Below are positions 1 through 9,000 of a stretch of DNA of 27,486 bases, in pieces. Both the position numbers and the translations under genes were made by a program. The notes below the pieces were generated by a model. The model was given only the letters and a program-made list of their open reading frames with translations, made no database searches and had not been told where the DNA came from. The first letter of the stretch is position 1. Every line of letters starts with the position of its first letter. The DNA lies in the NCBI GenBank assembly GCA_965215885.1, contig CBDCEW010000001.1, forward strand, positions 1 to 27,486, written 5' to 3'. This DNA is from Candidatus Moanibacter sp. Its GTDB lineage: Bacteria; Verrucomicrobiota; Verrucomicrobiia; Opitutales; UBA2987.

Positions 1-176
1 TCACGCGCATGGGCGTCCAGATCCTTCTCGACCGCCTCGATGATTTGCGGCGCGAACCCGGCCAATTCTTCAACTTCATCCAGAAAATCACGAAAATCCG
101 TGTCTGGAACCGGCAGAATGAGGTTGCTAAGGGGCGTCTTATCGCTTTTGTTCTCCTCTGTCGCACATGTTGGCAT
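1..176 (-). CDS. 5' part of a minus-strand ORF running off the window edge; possibly a transposase (IS5/ISNCY-like), otherwise hypothetical
   Basis: Not in the ORF track because it has no stop in the window. ATG at 176 reads open to position 1: MPTCATEENKSDKTPLSNLILPVPDTDFRDFLDEVEELAGFAPQIIEAVEKDLDAHAR. AT-rich upstream DNA. The transposase call is a recollected resemblance only; no DDE motif lies in the window. Confidence 0.5.
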   Translation of the reverse strand, partial: MPTCATEENKSDKTPLSNLILPVPDTDFRDFLDEVEELAGFAPQIIEAVEKDLDAHAR

Positions 177-270
177 GTTTAACTCATTTCTTAATCTTAA
201 GTTGTTAAACACTAGTATGTTACGACACTTTTTATCAAGCCGAAAAACTGATTTTTCTCAAGTTTTTCTT

Positions 271-299
271 GCGCCTTTTGCGCCTCTTTGCGGCCAATC
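271..299 (-). repeat. REP-like purine-rich repeat (ggccgcaaagaggcgcaaaaggcgcaa)
   Basis: The reverse complement resembles 15101-15134 (gatggccacaaaagagcgcaaagaacgcaaaagg); both show a ~9-nt periodic gcgcaaa/acgcaaa unit. Confidence 0.55.
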
Positions 300-406
300 A
301 GTAGCTTTTCGGATAAGGTCAAGCTATGGAGGATGTACAACGAATGGGGAATGTGAGAGCATTGAAAGCAACGAATCAGGAGCGGCGAGAAGTAAATGAA
401 AAAGAC

Positions 407-435
407 CCTGCCGTACGGCCAGGCCGGCGCGCCGG
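407..435. repeat. Short palindromic elements cctgccgtacggccagg and ccggcgcgccgg
   Basis: ctgccgtacggc(c)ag recurs as ctgccgtatggcag at 14071-14084; both copies are intergenic. Confidence 0.45.
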
Positions 436-671
436 GACTCCGTAGTGGCACGGATGGGGAATGAATTGGTAAGGCTCTGTCTGTGGCATCTGAGAATTAG
501 GTTATCGATCGCAAATTTCCTCTTAAAACAAGCTTTTCTCAGGAACAGAACGATATTTCTTGAAAATCAGCGGGTTATATGTGCGGCTACGAGATCTCTT
601 CTAATGGAGGCAAACCTTGTCGAGTTTGTAGTACGGAACTACAAACTGCTGTAATTAGAAAGTGAGAAACC

Positions 672-1586
672 ATGATACCTCTTATTAGCAGTCTTTGTTA
701 TGGTCTACTCGGCGTCTGTCAGTTGCCGCGCACGTGGTGGAAGGTGCTAACGCGTAATGCGGAGATAATGGACGAAGAGTATCCGGACTTCAGCGGTGGC
801 CTCGATCGCAGGGTCTTTGAAGTACTCGGCCTCGACAAGGAGACGACATTGAAGTGGTTGCGTGATGAGATGCCGACTTATCTCGAATTTGAAGCCTGGA
901 TTCTAAAGGAAAAAGGAAGTGAATTCTACGGTTTTGAACAACAGGATGCGATCGTTAAGTGGAACGCCTGGTTGCGCGCTCGCCGACACACACGCCCGGA
1001 GAAAATCGAAGAGACTTATAGCGACATTGGATTATCCAGAGATGCGGGAATCGACTCAGCAGTTATCCTCAACTGCCTTCAGGACTGGCAGTTGTTTCAC
1101 AAGCGCGACCTCAACTCAGATTACGCCGGCAAACTCGGCGGTCGTGTGGTACCCCTCATTGCCACCTTGGATTACGGTCCCTTGGGCGTGCGACAACTGC
1201 CACGCACGTGGTTCAAGATCATTCTCCGAGCCAAAGGTCTTCTGCACCCCGACTATCCGGACATGACCGAGAACGGTCTCGATCCCCGCGTCCTCCACGT
1301 GCTGAACCTCGACATCGATACCACATTGAGCACGATTCGCGAGAAACTTCCGTCATATCTCGATTTTGAATCGTGGGTGCTCGAACAGTGCGGTGGCGAA
1401 CTCCCTACTCGGGCAATCGAAGAGTGGAACGACTATCTCTGCAATCGTATCCACGATGAAGGCAAACGCGAAGACATTCACGCTACCGTCGGCCGTGAAA
1501 ACGATGGCGCGCTCTCCTCTGCGGTCGTCCTTAACCATATTGAGGACTGGCACTTCGCGCACCGGGATCTTGTGGGATGCGAGTGA
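672..1586 (+). CDS. Tandem double DUF5069-like domain protein
   Basis: 304 aa with two ~145-aa homologous halves, each with P-L-I...Y-G-x-L-G-V-x-Q-L-P-R-T-W-x-K, YPD...GLD, P[TS]YL[ED]FE[AS]W and SAV[IV]LN..[QE]DW..[FA]H..DL. This pattern matches DUF5069-type proteins as I recall them. Confidence 0.75.
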   Translation: MIPLISSLCYGLLGVCQLPRTWWKVLTRNAEIMDEEYPDFSGGLDRRVFEVLGLDKETTLKWLRDEMPTYLEFEAWILKEKGSEFYGFEQQDAIVKWNAWLRARRHTRPEKIEETYSDIGLSRDAGIDSAVILNCLQDWQLFHKRDLNSDYAGKLGGRVVPLIATLDYGPLGVRQLPRTWFKIILRAKGLLHPDYPDMTENGLDPRVLHVLNLDIDTTLSTIREKLPSYLDFESWVLEQCGGELPTRAIEEWNDYLCNRIHDEGKREDIHATVGRENDGALSSAVVLNHIEDWHFAHRDLVGCE

Positions 1587-1690
1587 AGAGAGATTGCCCG
1601 CTAAACACGCGAAAAGACGCGAAAATTAAGAGGATGGAAGGTTGTGAGATTCGAGATACGGGATGCGGGTTGCGAGATGCGGGATACGGA
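1581..1690 (+). repeat. Dispersed intergenic repeat family A, copy 1 (gagtgaagagagattgcccgctaaacacgcgaaaagacgcgaaa..ggatggaaggttgtgagat plus gatgcgg-like heptamers)
   Basis: 1581-1624 matches 5836-5879 at 43/44 nt. Further copies at 5983-6012 and 15692-15760, and a partial copy at ~1778-1796. Confidence 0.9.
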
Positions 1691-1910
1691 GAAGGGGAGA
1701 AAAGTCTTCTCCCGCTGATCCCCTAAAGCGGGACGAAACAAGTGCGAATATGGAAAGCAATAGGCGGAGATTACTTTGAAGAGAAATTGCCCGCTGATGC
1801 AGTAGCCATCCCACTGTTCCTTACGGTGTTCGAGCGATGAAGGAGGAAAGTTCAACGGGGCTGCAGGCGATGAGATAAAATTTATTGTGCTAGGATCCGG
1901 CTAGTAAAGA

Positions 1911-1970
1911 ACCCACTCCTACCCCTTCGAGGAGGGGATTACCCACCCCTGGCCCCTCCATGGGAGGGGA
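1911..1970 (+). repeat. Two tandem REP-like hairpins (acccac.cct..cccct[tc]c...gagggga)
   Basis: ccccttcgaggagggg (1922-1937) and cccctccatgggagggg (1953-1969), each preceded by acccac.cct. The same hairpin type occurs at 15802-15825. Confidence 0.7.
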
Positions 1971-2000
1971 ACTTGACAAAATAGCACCGAAGTGAAAATG

Positions 2001-2125
2001 GCCCCTCCAGGCGAGACATGTCCTTCGGTAGTTAAGGCTTGTCTCTGAGAGCCTGCCCGAAAGGCGATCTCCCTTCGATGGGGGTGTCGATGGGGCGGCT
2101 TTCCGGGAAACGGGAACTTTTCTTC
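2001..2125 (+). ncRNA. Candidate structured RNA of unknown family
   Basis: Nested complementary segments: gcccc 2001-05/ggggc 2092-96, caggc 2008-12/gcctg 2051-55, gagaca 2013-18/tgtctc 2040-45, cctt 2022-25/aagg 2034-37, ctccc 2069-73/ggggg 2080-84. TTGACA lies at 1973-78. A hairpin (ttccgggaaacgggaa) and pyrimidine run follow. No known riboswitch motif recognised. Confidence 0.3.
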
Positions 2126-2266
2126 TAAGAAATACTCAGGTTGGGTGTCTTATAAGGGTATGGAGGAGGCTAACCCACAGATTTCAACGCTTTGGCGCAA
2201 ACGGAGTGAAGCAGATAGTGAAGAATTGGTTGAGAATTCGGGGAAAAATACAGCCTGCGTCCGTTC

Positions 2267-2410
2267 GAGTTTGCGCCAAAACTCACATCCATTCTGCTGT
2301 ACAGCAGAACGGCGTAGCTGCGTTCTCGCAGAAATCCCGCGCGGTTACGCACAGCAGTGCGCGCCCGCACGGGATTTCGCTCGGACCTTGCCATCCACGC
2401 TTCTGAAAAG
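2267..2410. repeat. Palindrome/hairpin-rich MITE- or REPIN-like element in the sigma-factor leader
   Basis: Perfect 18-bp palindrome ttctgctgtacagcagaa (2292-2309). Long hairpin gaaatcccg...cgcac-agca-gtgcg...cgggatttc (2331-2378). gagttt/aaactc inverted repeat (2267-2284). Single copy in this window. Confidence 0.45.
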
Positions 2411-2460
2411 TGTGGAATATGCAGGTTAAAGTGGCAGGCAGGGACCATGCGAATGAGAGG

Positions 2461-3009
2461 ATGAAACCGGTCGACTCAACAGGGGAAGCGGAAGAACCAA
2501 TGCCGAAATCGCTGGACGGTCTCTTCCACACTCTCGAATCGCCGCTCCTTTTGTATGCCATGCAACTTGTTAGTTCCAATGAGGTCGCCCAGGACCTTGT
2601 GCAGGAGGCTTTCCTGCGCTTGCACGCCCGGTTTGGTGAAGTGAAACGGCCGCGGCCGTGGTTATACAGAACGGTGCATAACCTGGCGATGAACCACCAT
2701 CGGAGGCTGGCCCGAGAGCGACCAGCGGAAGATGATCGGGAGGGAGAAAAAGACGACAACCTGGCGAGCACCGAACTGATGCCGGATGAGCGGCTCGAAC
2801 GATTGGAGGCAATCGGCCTGGCCTGGTTGCAGATCGAGCAGCTCGAGAATCGGGAGCGGGAGGTCCTCCTCCTCCGGTTTGAGGAGGAGCTCTCCTACCG
2901 GCAGATCAGCGAGCGCACAGGACTCACCATCAGTCACGTCGGCTACCTGCTGCATCAAAGCCTTAAGGTTATCAGCGGGGAACTGGAGAAAATGGGGATT
3001 ATGCGATGA
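2461..3009 (+). CDS. ECF-type RNA polymerase sigma-70 factor
   Basis: Region 2 motif AQDLVQEAFLRL..PWLYRTVHNLAMNHHRR and region 4 HTH REREVLLLRFEEELSYRQISERTGLTISHVGYLLHQSL. Start uncertain (2410, 2416, 2461 or 2500). The stop overlaps the next ATG (ATGA 3006-3009). Confidence 0.93.
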   Translation: MKPVDSTGEAEEPMPKSLDGLFHTLESPLLLYAMQLVSSNEVAQDLVQEAFLRLHARFGEVKRPRPWLYRTVHNLAMNHHRRLARERPAEDDREGEKDDNLASTELMPDERLERLEAIGLAWLQIEQLENREREVLLLRFEEELSYRQISERTGLTISHVGYLLHQSLKVISGELEKMGIMR

Positions 3010-5837
3010 AGGAGAGGAACAACAACAGCAACGACCCTGAACAGGACGAACGCGAGCAGATGGAAGTTCGCCTTACGGCGCTTGCTCTCGGTGAAGCGAG
3101 TGATTTCGAAGCGGCCGAACTGCGCCGCGCGATGGACGCCGATCAGGAACTGGCGAAGTACTATCGTCGGGTGGAAATAACGGCTGGAATCGTTCGTGAG
3201 GCCGCGAGTCAAACGGACGCAGTTTCCGGCGCGACTGCTCCGCGTTTGAGCGAGGAGCGGCGAAATACGATCCTGAAGAGAATGAAACCTCAGCGCGCAT
3301 CGTTTTCTTCTATCATTCGATTCCCTCGTGCGCTGCCCATGGGCGTTGCCGCGAGCCTCGTCCTGGGAATCGGTTTCCTCTATTGGGCGCTCTTTCGCGG
3401 TGTGGTCGATAGCGAATTTCGGAACATCACAGGTGAGGGTGCTGGATCCTCTGAACTCCTTGTGTCATCTCCATCTCCAGATGAGCGCGCTGAAGTCGGA
3501 GAAGGGGCTTACTCTTCGCGAGAAGATATAGATCTCTCGGAGATTAAGGCAGTTGAGATTGATTTGGCTATTAGTCAGAGAGTGGCCGAATTGCGGAAGG
3601 ACGAATTGGAGTCTGCTGACTTGCAGGATATATCTCGAAATCGGTCCACCAATATGGCGCTAGGTGACAGGTTGGTGGTTGCTCCAGATATCTTCGCATC
3701 TGATCTCGTGGGCGGGAAACCTGGCCCACGCACGGAAACTGAAAAACAATCCGAGATTCACAGCTACCAGAACCTCAGGATCGGTGATGGCGAAGATTCA
3801 TTGCCGGTCGATACAAATCACGGCGATATCGTCGGTTTCGGTTTCGTGCCTGATAATGAGGCATTCGAACTGGAGCCTCCATTTCCCGAGGCAGCCCCGA
3901 AGGAAAAAGACGCGCTAAAGTTGAGTGCGTTTGAGGTTTCGAGGGAGGGCGATAGAGAATGGGACGGAGGGTTTACTCAATCGAAGAGTAATGTGGCCGC
4001 CGTGCAGGGGCAGATTTCCGAACCGGAAAGGATCGGGAGAACTGACTACTTTGCCTCGGATTTTGAAACAAGCGAAGTCCCTGCGTATGTTCTGACTTCC
4101 GATCTTGTCGCCCAAGACTTCGGTCCGGAGATGCGCGGCAAGAATAAGGGCCGGAGTATAGCCGTCGGAGAGGGAGAGGGAGAGGGACTGGAAATTTACG
4201 GAGTGCAATCAGGTATAATTATTGAGCGCAGCGAGCTTAAACGGAAATTGGCAACAGACGAGACGCAAGCGTTCCCAGCCGGTGCTTTGGGACAACAGAA
4301 CGATAAAAGTATAAGAATTGATTCGGTGGATACGCTTGCACCTGTTGCAGTCGATGCGCGGTCCGACACTGTGCGCGGCCAGGCTGGTTATGGCGGCGGG
4401 GCAGGGAAGGGGGATGGAAACTACCGGGCATCGGACGAGGATAATACGAAGAACGGGTTGGAAAATTACATAGGCCAGAAGGTGGCGGTGCGACGCTACG
4501 AACCGCTTCCGGAGATTGTCACGGCAGAAGAGCCGTTCTCTACTTTTTCTTTAAACGTGAGCGACGTGTCTTTCCAATTGGCGGAGGCGGCGCTTGTAAA
4601 AGGGAAAATGCCGTCTCCCCTGGATATTCGGAGCGAAGAGTTTCTCAACGCGTTCAACTACCACGATCCGGCGCCGACTGGAGGCGTGCCTCTCGCTTTT
4701 CACTGGGAGCGCGCACGCTCGCCTTTTCATCACAATCGGGAGTTCCTGCGCTTTTCCGTCCAAACAGCGTCAGAGGGACGGGAGCGCGCAAGGCCCCTTA
4801 ATCTGGTGCTTCTGATCGACAATTCGGGCTCCATGGAAAGGGCCGATCGCCGGTCGATCGTGCGGGCCGCAGTCGCGGTTCTGGCGGATGCGATGGGGGA
4901 GGGAGACCGTATCAGCGTGGTGGCATTCGACCGGACTCCGCACCTCCTTCTCGACGGCGTCGAGCGGAATTTTCAATCAAACGTTGCGGGGGCGGTAGAC
5001 AGCTTGAAGGCGAGCGGCGCGACCCACCTCGAAGGCGGACTCGATCTGGCCTACGAGGTGGCCAAGACTCAATTCCGTCCCAAAGCCGGTAACCGCGTGG
5101 TGTTGTTGACCGACGGAGCCGCGAATCTCGGCGAAGTGCTGCCTGACAACCTCCGCTCGAAAATCGCTTTCCATCGGAAGTTGGGCATCGCCCTGGATTG
5201 TTTCGGGATTGGGGCGGACGGACTCAATGACGCGATGTTGGAAGCGCTCTCCCGCAACGGCGACGGCCGCTATGGATTCCTCAATTCCGTGAAGGATGTG
5301 GAAAAGGGTTTCAGCAGGAAGCTGGCCGGTATTCTGCAGACCGCGGCCTCGGACGTGAAAGTGCAGGTGGAATTCAATCCCGGCCGCGTGGAAGCTTACC
5401 GTCAGCTCGGTTATCGCCGGCACCAACTCAAGCGCGCTGATTTCCGCGACGACGCGGTGGACGCCGCCGAGATCGGCGGAATCGAATCGGGCAACGCGCT
5501 ATATCTGGTTGCGCAAAAGCAGAGAGGAGTGGGTCCGATCGCCACGGTGCGGGTGCGCTTCCGTGATCCGGCAACGAGGGAAGTGCGGGAACTTTCCTGG
5601 CAGATTCCCGGGAGGCGCGAGGCGCCGGCCCTGCGGGAGGCGAATCCGTCACTTCGCCTGGCGGTGGGCGCCACTCTGTTCGCGGAATGGCTTGCAGGGA
5701 GCCCTTACGCTGAGGGCGTAACGCCAAGGCTGATCCTGGAGAATTACAGCGAGGTACCCGAAGCCTTCCCTTTGGATGAAGAGCCTTTGCGGCTTCGTGA
5801 AATGATTGAGAGGGCGGGGGCGATTAGTGGAAGGTGA
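3006..5837 (+). CDS. Anti-sigma-like membrane protein with C-terminal YfbK-type vWF_A + vWA + DUF3520 domains
   Basis: N-terminal anti-sigma-like helices (LTALALGEASDFEAAELRRAM), one TM (MGVAASLVLGIGFLYWALF) and a long acidic linker. Then EPFSTFSLNVSDVS..IRSEEFLNAF.Y (vWF_A), MIDAS LLIDNSGSM/GATH/LLTDG, and IA.DVKVQVEFNP-like ..YRQLGY...L...DF.DD.VDAAEI (DUF3520). Confidence 0.88.
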   Translation: MKERNNNSNDPEQDEREQMEVRLTALALGEASDFEAAELRRAMDADQELAKYYRRVEITAGIVREAASQTDAVSGATAPRLSEERRNTILKRMKPQRASFSSIIRFPRALPMGVAASLVLGIGFLYWALFRGVVDSEFRNITGEGAGSSELLVSSPSPDERAEVGEGAYSSREDIDLSEIKAVEIDLAISQRVAELRKDELESADLQDISRNRSTNMALGDRLVVAPDIFASDLVGGKPGPRTETEKQSEIHSYQNLRIGDGEDSLPVDTNHGDIVGFGFVPDNEAFELEPPFPEAAPKEKDALKLSAFEVSREGDREWDGGFTQSKSNVAAVQGQISEPERIGRTDYFASDFETSEVPAYVLTSDLVAQDFGPEMRGKNKGRSIAVGEGEGEGLEIYGVQSGIIIERSELKRKLATDETQAFPAGALGQQNDKSIRIDSVDTLAPVAVDARSDTVRGQAGYGGGAGKGDGNYRASDEDNTKNGLENYIGQKVAVRRYEPLPEIVTAEEPFSTFSLNVSDVSFQLAEAALVKGKMPSPLDIRSEEFLNAFNYHDPAPTGGVPLAFHWERARSPFHHNREFLRFSVQTASEGRERARPLNLVLLIDNSGSMERADRRSIVRAAVAVLADAMGEGDRISVVAFDRTPHLLLDGVERNFQSNVAGAVDSLKASGATHLEGGLDLAYEVAKTQFRPKAGNRVVLLTDGAANLGEVLPDNLRSKIAFHRKLGIALDCFGIGADGLNDAMLEALSRNGDGRYGFLNSVKDVEKGFSRKLAGILQTAASDVKVQVEFNPGRVEAYRQLGYRRHQLKRADFRDDAVDAAEIGGIESGNALYLVAQKQRGVGPIATVRVRFRDPATREVRELSWQIPGRREAPALREANPSLRLAVGATLFAEWLAGSPYAEGVTPRLILENYSEVPEAFPLDEEPLRLREMIERAGAISGR

Positions 5838-6012
5838 GTGAAGAGAGACTGCCCGCTAAACACGCGAAAAGACGCGAAATTTTGGGATGGAAGGTTGTGA
5901 GATGCGAGATGCCCTTCGACGGTTCGACAAGCTCACCGCAGGCGAGGCTCAGGGCCTTCGGCGGGATGAGGGAATGGGAGTAAAGAGAGATTGCCCGCTA
6001 AACACGCGAAAA
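5836..6012 (+). repeat. Repeat family A copies 2 and 3 with a nested ttcgac..gctcaggg module
   Basis: 5836-5879 and 5983-6012 repeat the cccgctaaacacgcgaaaa core. 5911-5965 matches 15758-15790 except for an extra 23-nt ggttcgacaagctcaccgcaggc. Confidence 0.88.
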
Positions 6013-6028
6013 TGGAGAGAGTGTAATT

Positions 6029-9000
6029 ATGAAGAGATCAATGACTATAACCAGACGACCAGGTTTACTATTTGGCGGCGGTGAGCTTGAGCAGCGGCTG
6101 AAATTACGTAGACGTTCAATGGTTTTGAGAAAGCTTCTGTTGCCGAAGCTCGCGGTGATGCTGTTAACGTTTGGGGCGGGTGGTCTCGACTTGGAAGCCA
6201 ACCCTTCGACTTCGCTCCCGCCTTCCCATAAAGCTTCGGCGAGGCACGGCAGGGCAGGTGAGGGAAAAGCGGCGGCGGAACCTGTGGAGTTTCGCGATTT
6301 TCTGCTCACGGGAAACCGAGACGGGGAAACGATTACCTTCGAATTGACGGGCACGGCGCACGTTTCCGATCGCGCGGGTGGACGCCTTGTTTTTGTATCC
6401 GGTGCCGTGGCGCTCGTGGAGATGCCCACCAAAGGGAATTTCGAGATTTTATATGAGGACGGTTCCTACCAATTGAACTTTAAGCGTCCGGGTCGCTATT
6501 CCGTAAGCCTCCGTTTTCGCGCGGCGGTTCGACGGTTCGATGAGTTGTCTCCCGCTACTCCCGCCGAACGGGACGTGGCAGGCAAGCTCACTGCAGGCAG
6601 GGTGGAGGACGGTCACGAAGTTCGATTTGGGGTGGTGAGTGCACCGATACGACTCGTTGAACTCATGGGATTCAGCGAGAGTGAGCGGGTGGAACTCGAT
6701 GGCGCGACGCGGCCCGTTCGCGATGGCGATGTCCTGCGCGCCCACCTCGGACTCGGTAGCGGATTCTCTCTCACGTGGCGACGGGAGGTTCCCGAGGTAT
6801 CGAGCAAGCTTTTTTACGCCGCCGAAGCGACTGTTGCGACCGTGGTTTCGCCGGGATTGATGCGCCACGTCCACCGATGCAAGGTCACAATTTTGCAAGG
6901 GGAGATGGAGAGCATCGAATTTCTCCTTTCTGGGGAGGGCGAGATAACGCGCATCGAGGGAGAGGGATTGGTGGGTTGGGAAATCCTGACCGGAAGCGAA
7001 TCTGGCGAACGGTTACTGAGAGTGCGAATGAACCCTTCGCAGAAGGAGGATTTCCAGCTGACCGTATTCACACGCTCGCCGCTTTCTCAGTTTCCCGTTG
7101 TGGCTGAGGTATTCCGGCTGGTTCCTGTTGGGGCGACCCGGTTCAGCGGTCACCAGTTAGTTATGAATGAGGGTGCCGTGAGCATTGAGGTTACGGAGAC
7201 GGTGGGACTCTCGCAGATCACGACGGAGGCTTTCCCGCGGGCATTCCCTGGGGAAGATAGCCCGGATTTAATGCTCGACGATGGAGGAGTGCAGGCATTC
7301 GCCTTTCGAATTTCCACCCCTCGATACCGTTTGACGGTGAGGGCAGACGATGTATTGCCGGAAGTGGCGGTTTCGGCGGTGATGGTCTTCGAATTGCGGG
7401 AGACCGAGACCGTTGCGAATGTCGGTTTGGAACTGGAGGTCCGTGAGGCGCCTCTTCGCGAGTTCTCATTGCTGGTGCCGGCCGATTACTCGATTGCGTC
7501 AATCGAATTTGCACACCTCAGCGATTACTTCCTCTCCGAGGCGGAGGATTCGCAGTCCCGATTGCGTCTTGTTTTTTCGCGTCCGATTGAGGGGAGACAG
7601 TTGCTTAGTTTCCGGCTGGAGAAAAACATTGATTGGTCCGGGTCGAATTGGAACTTGCCGCGAATTGTTCCTGAAAACGTAAAATCACTAAGGGGTTACC
7701 TCGGCGTAAAAGCGGATCCGGGGATTCGTCTCTCCTCTGAATCGGTCACAGGGGTCACGGAGTTGGCAACGGCTTTCTTTCCGCGGCGCGATCCCGATCT
7801 CCAACAGGCGTATCGCATTAAAAGAGGGGACTGGCAAGTCTCAGTCGCGGTTGACCGTCTACCGGCCTCGATTCGGGCGGAGATTTTTCATCATTTCTCG
7901 ATCGGTGAAGGGATTGTCTACGGCAGTTCTCTGCTGAATCTCCATATTTCCGGAGCGCCGATATCCGTGTTGCAAGTGAAAGTTCCCGAGAGGTACGGAA
8001 ACGTGGAATTCACGGGGCAAGACGTGCGCAATTGGGAGGCAAGTTCAAACGGTTTTCAGGTTTACCTCCACTCTCCTGTTGCGGGGCCCTACACACTCCT
8101 GGCGACCTATGATGCGTCCTTTGAACACGGCGGCGAATCACTCCCGTTTTCCGGCGCTCACCCGGTGGATGTCGAATCGGAGCAGGGGTACATCGTGGTC
8201 GAGAGTCCCTACCAGTTCGGGCTGAAGAACGAGCGAGTGTCGCCGGACCTGATTCGCCTTGAGGTTGAGGAAATCCCGGCAGAGTACCGTCTACTGGTCG
8301 ATGCCCCTGTCCTCGCCGCCTATCAGTATGCGGCTCGTCCGTTCGACGCCGACCTTCACCTGGTTCTTTTTCAGCAGGGAACAACGCTCGAGCAGTTGGT
8401 AGATTTCGCCGGGTTTAAGACCGAGGTCTCCGGAAGCGGGGAGACCCTGACCATGGCGCAGTTTCTCCTCAAGAGCCAGGGGGCCTCGCACTTCCGGGTG
8501 AGGATACCCGATTCGGCGAGACTCTGGTGGGCCAATGTTGACGGTCAAAGGGTTGTTCCCGTGACTGATCGCGAGGACATTCTCATTCCACTCCCCCGGG
8601 ACAAGGCGCCGGGGATCATGACGACGGTCGAATTAAAACTTGCCGGTGTGCCTGACGAGGGCGGTCGGATTTTATTGACCCCGCCTTCTGTAGAGATTCC
8701 GGCTCTCCTGACTGAGTGGGAGGTCTCTTCCGAGCCTGGTTACCTTCTCGAGATTTCCGATCAGGACCTGCACTCCCGGATTAATGGTCTGCCTCCCGCG
8801 GGAATCACACGGTTGAAGGAGCTGATTACCGGAAAACGTGGAAACTTCCACGGAACTCTGCTAACAGTCGCCCTTGTGTTCGCAGTAGCAGGTGGCGCCT
8901 GCTTGCGGCGCCTGCGTCCGAATGGAAAAGTGGGGGTAGTATCCGTCCAGCCGCCCGGATACCTTCGAGCGGGCGCGTCCTGCTTTTTTGGGTTGATCGC

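Noticed and set aside
40..654. ORFs 40-399 (+), 212-451 (-) and 445-654 (+)
   Set aside because: They are antisense to the edge ORF or run through repeats and AT-rich leader DNA, with no protein-like motifs.
2001..2100. Glycine riboswitch (minus strand has ggaga, ccgaag, ctctcag) or hammerhead (ctgaga..gaaa)
   Set aside because: The glycine motifs are in the wrong order and the hammerhead core CUGANGA is not matched.
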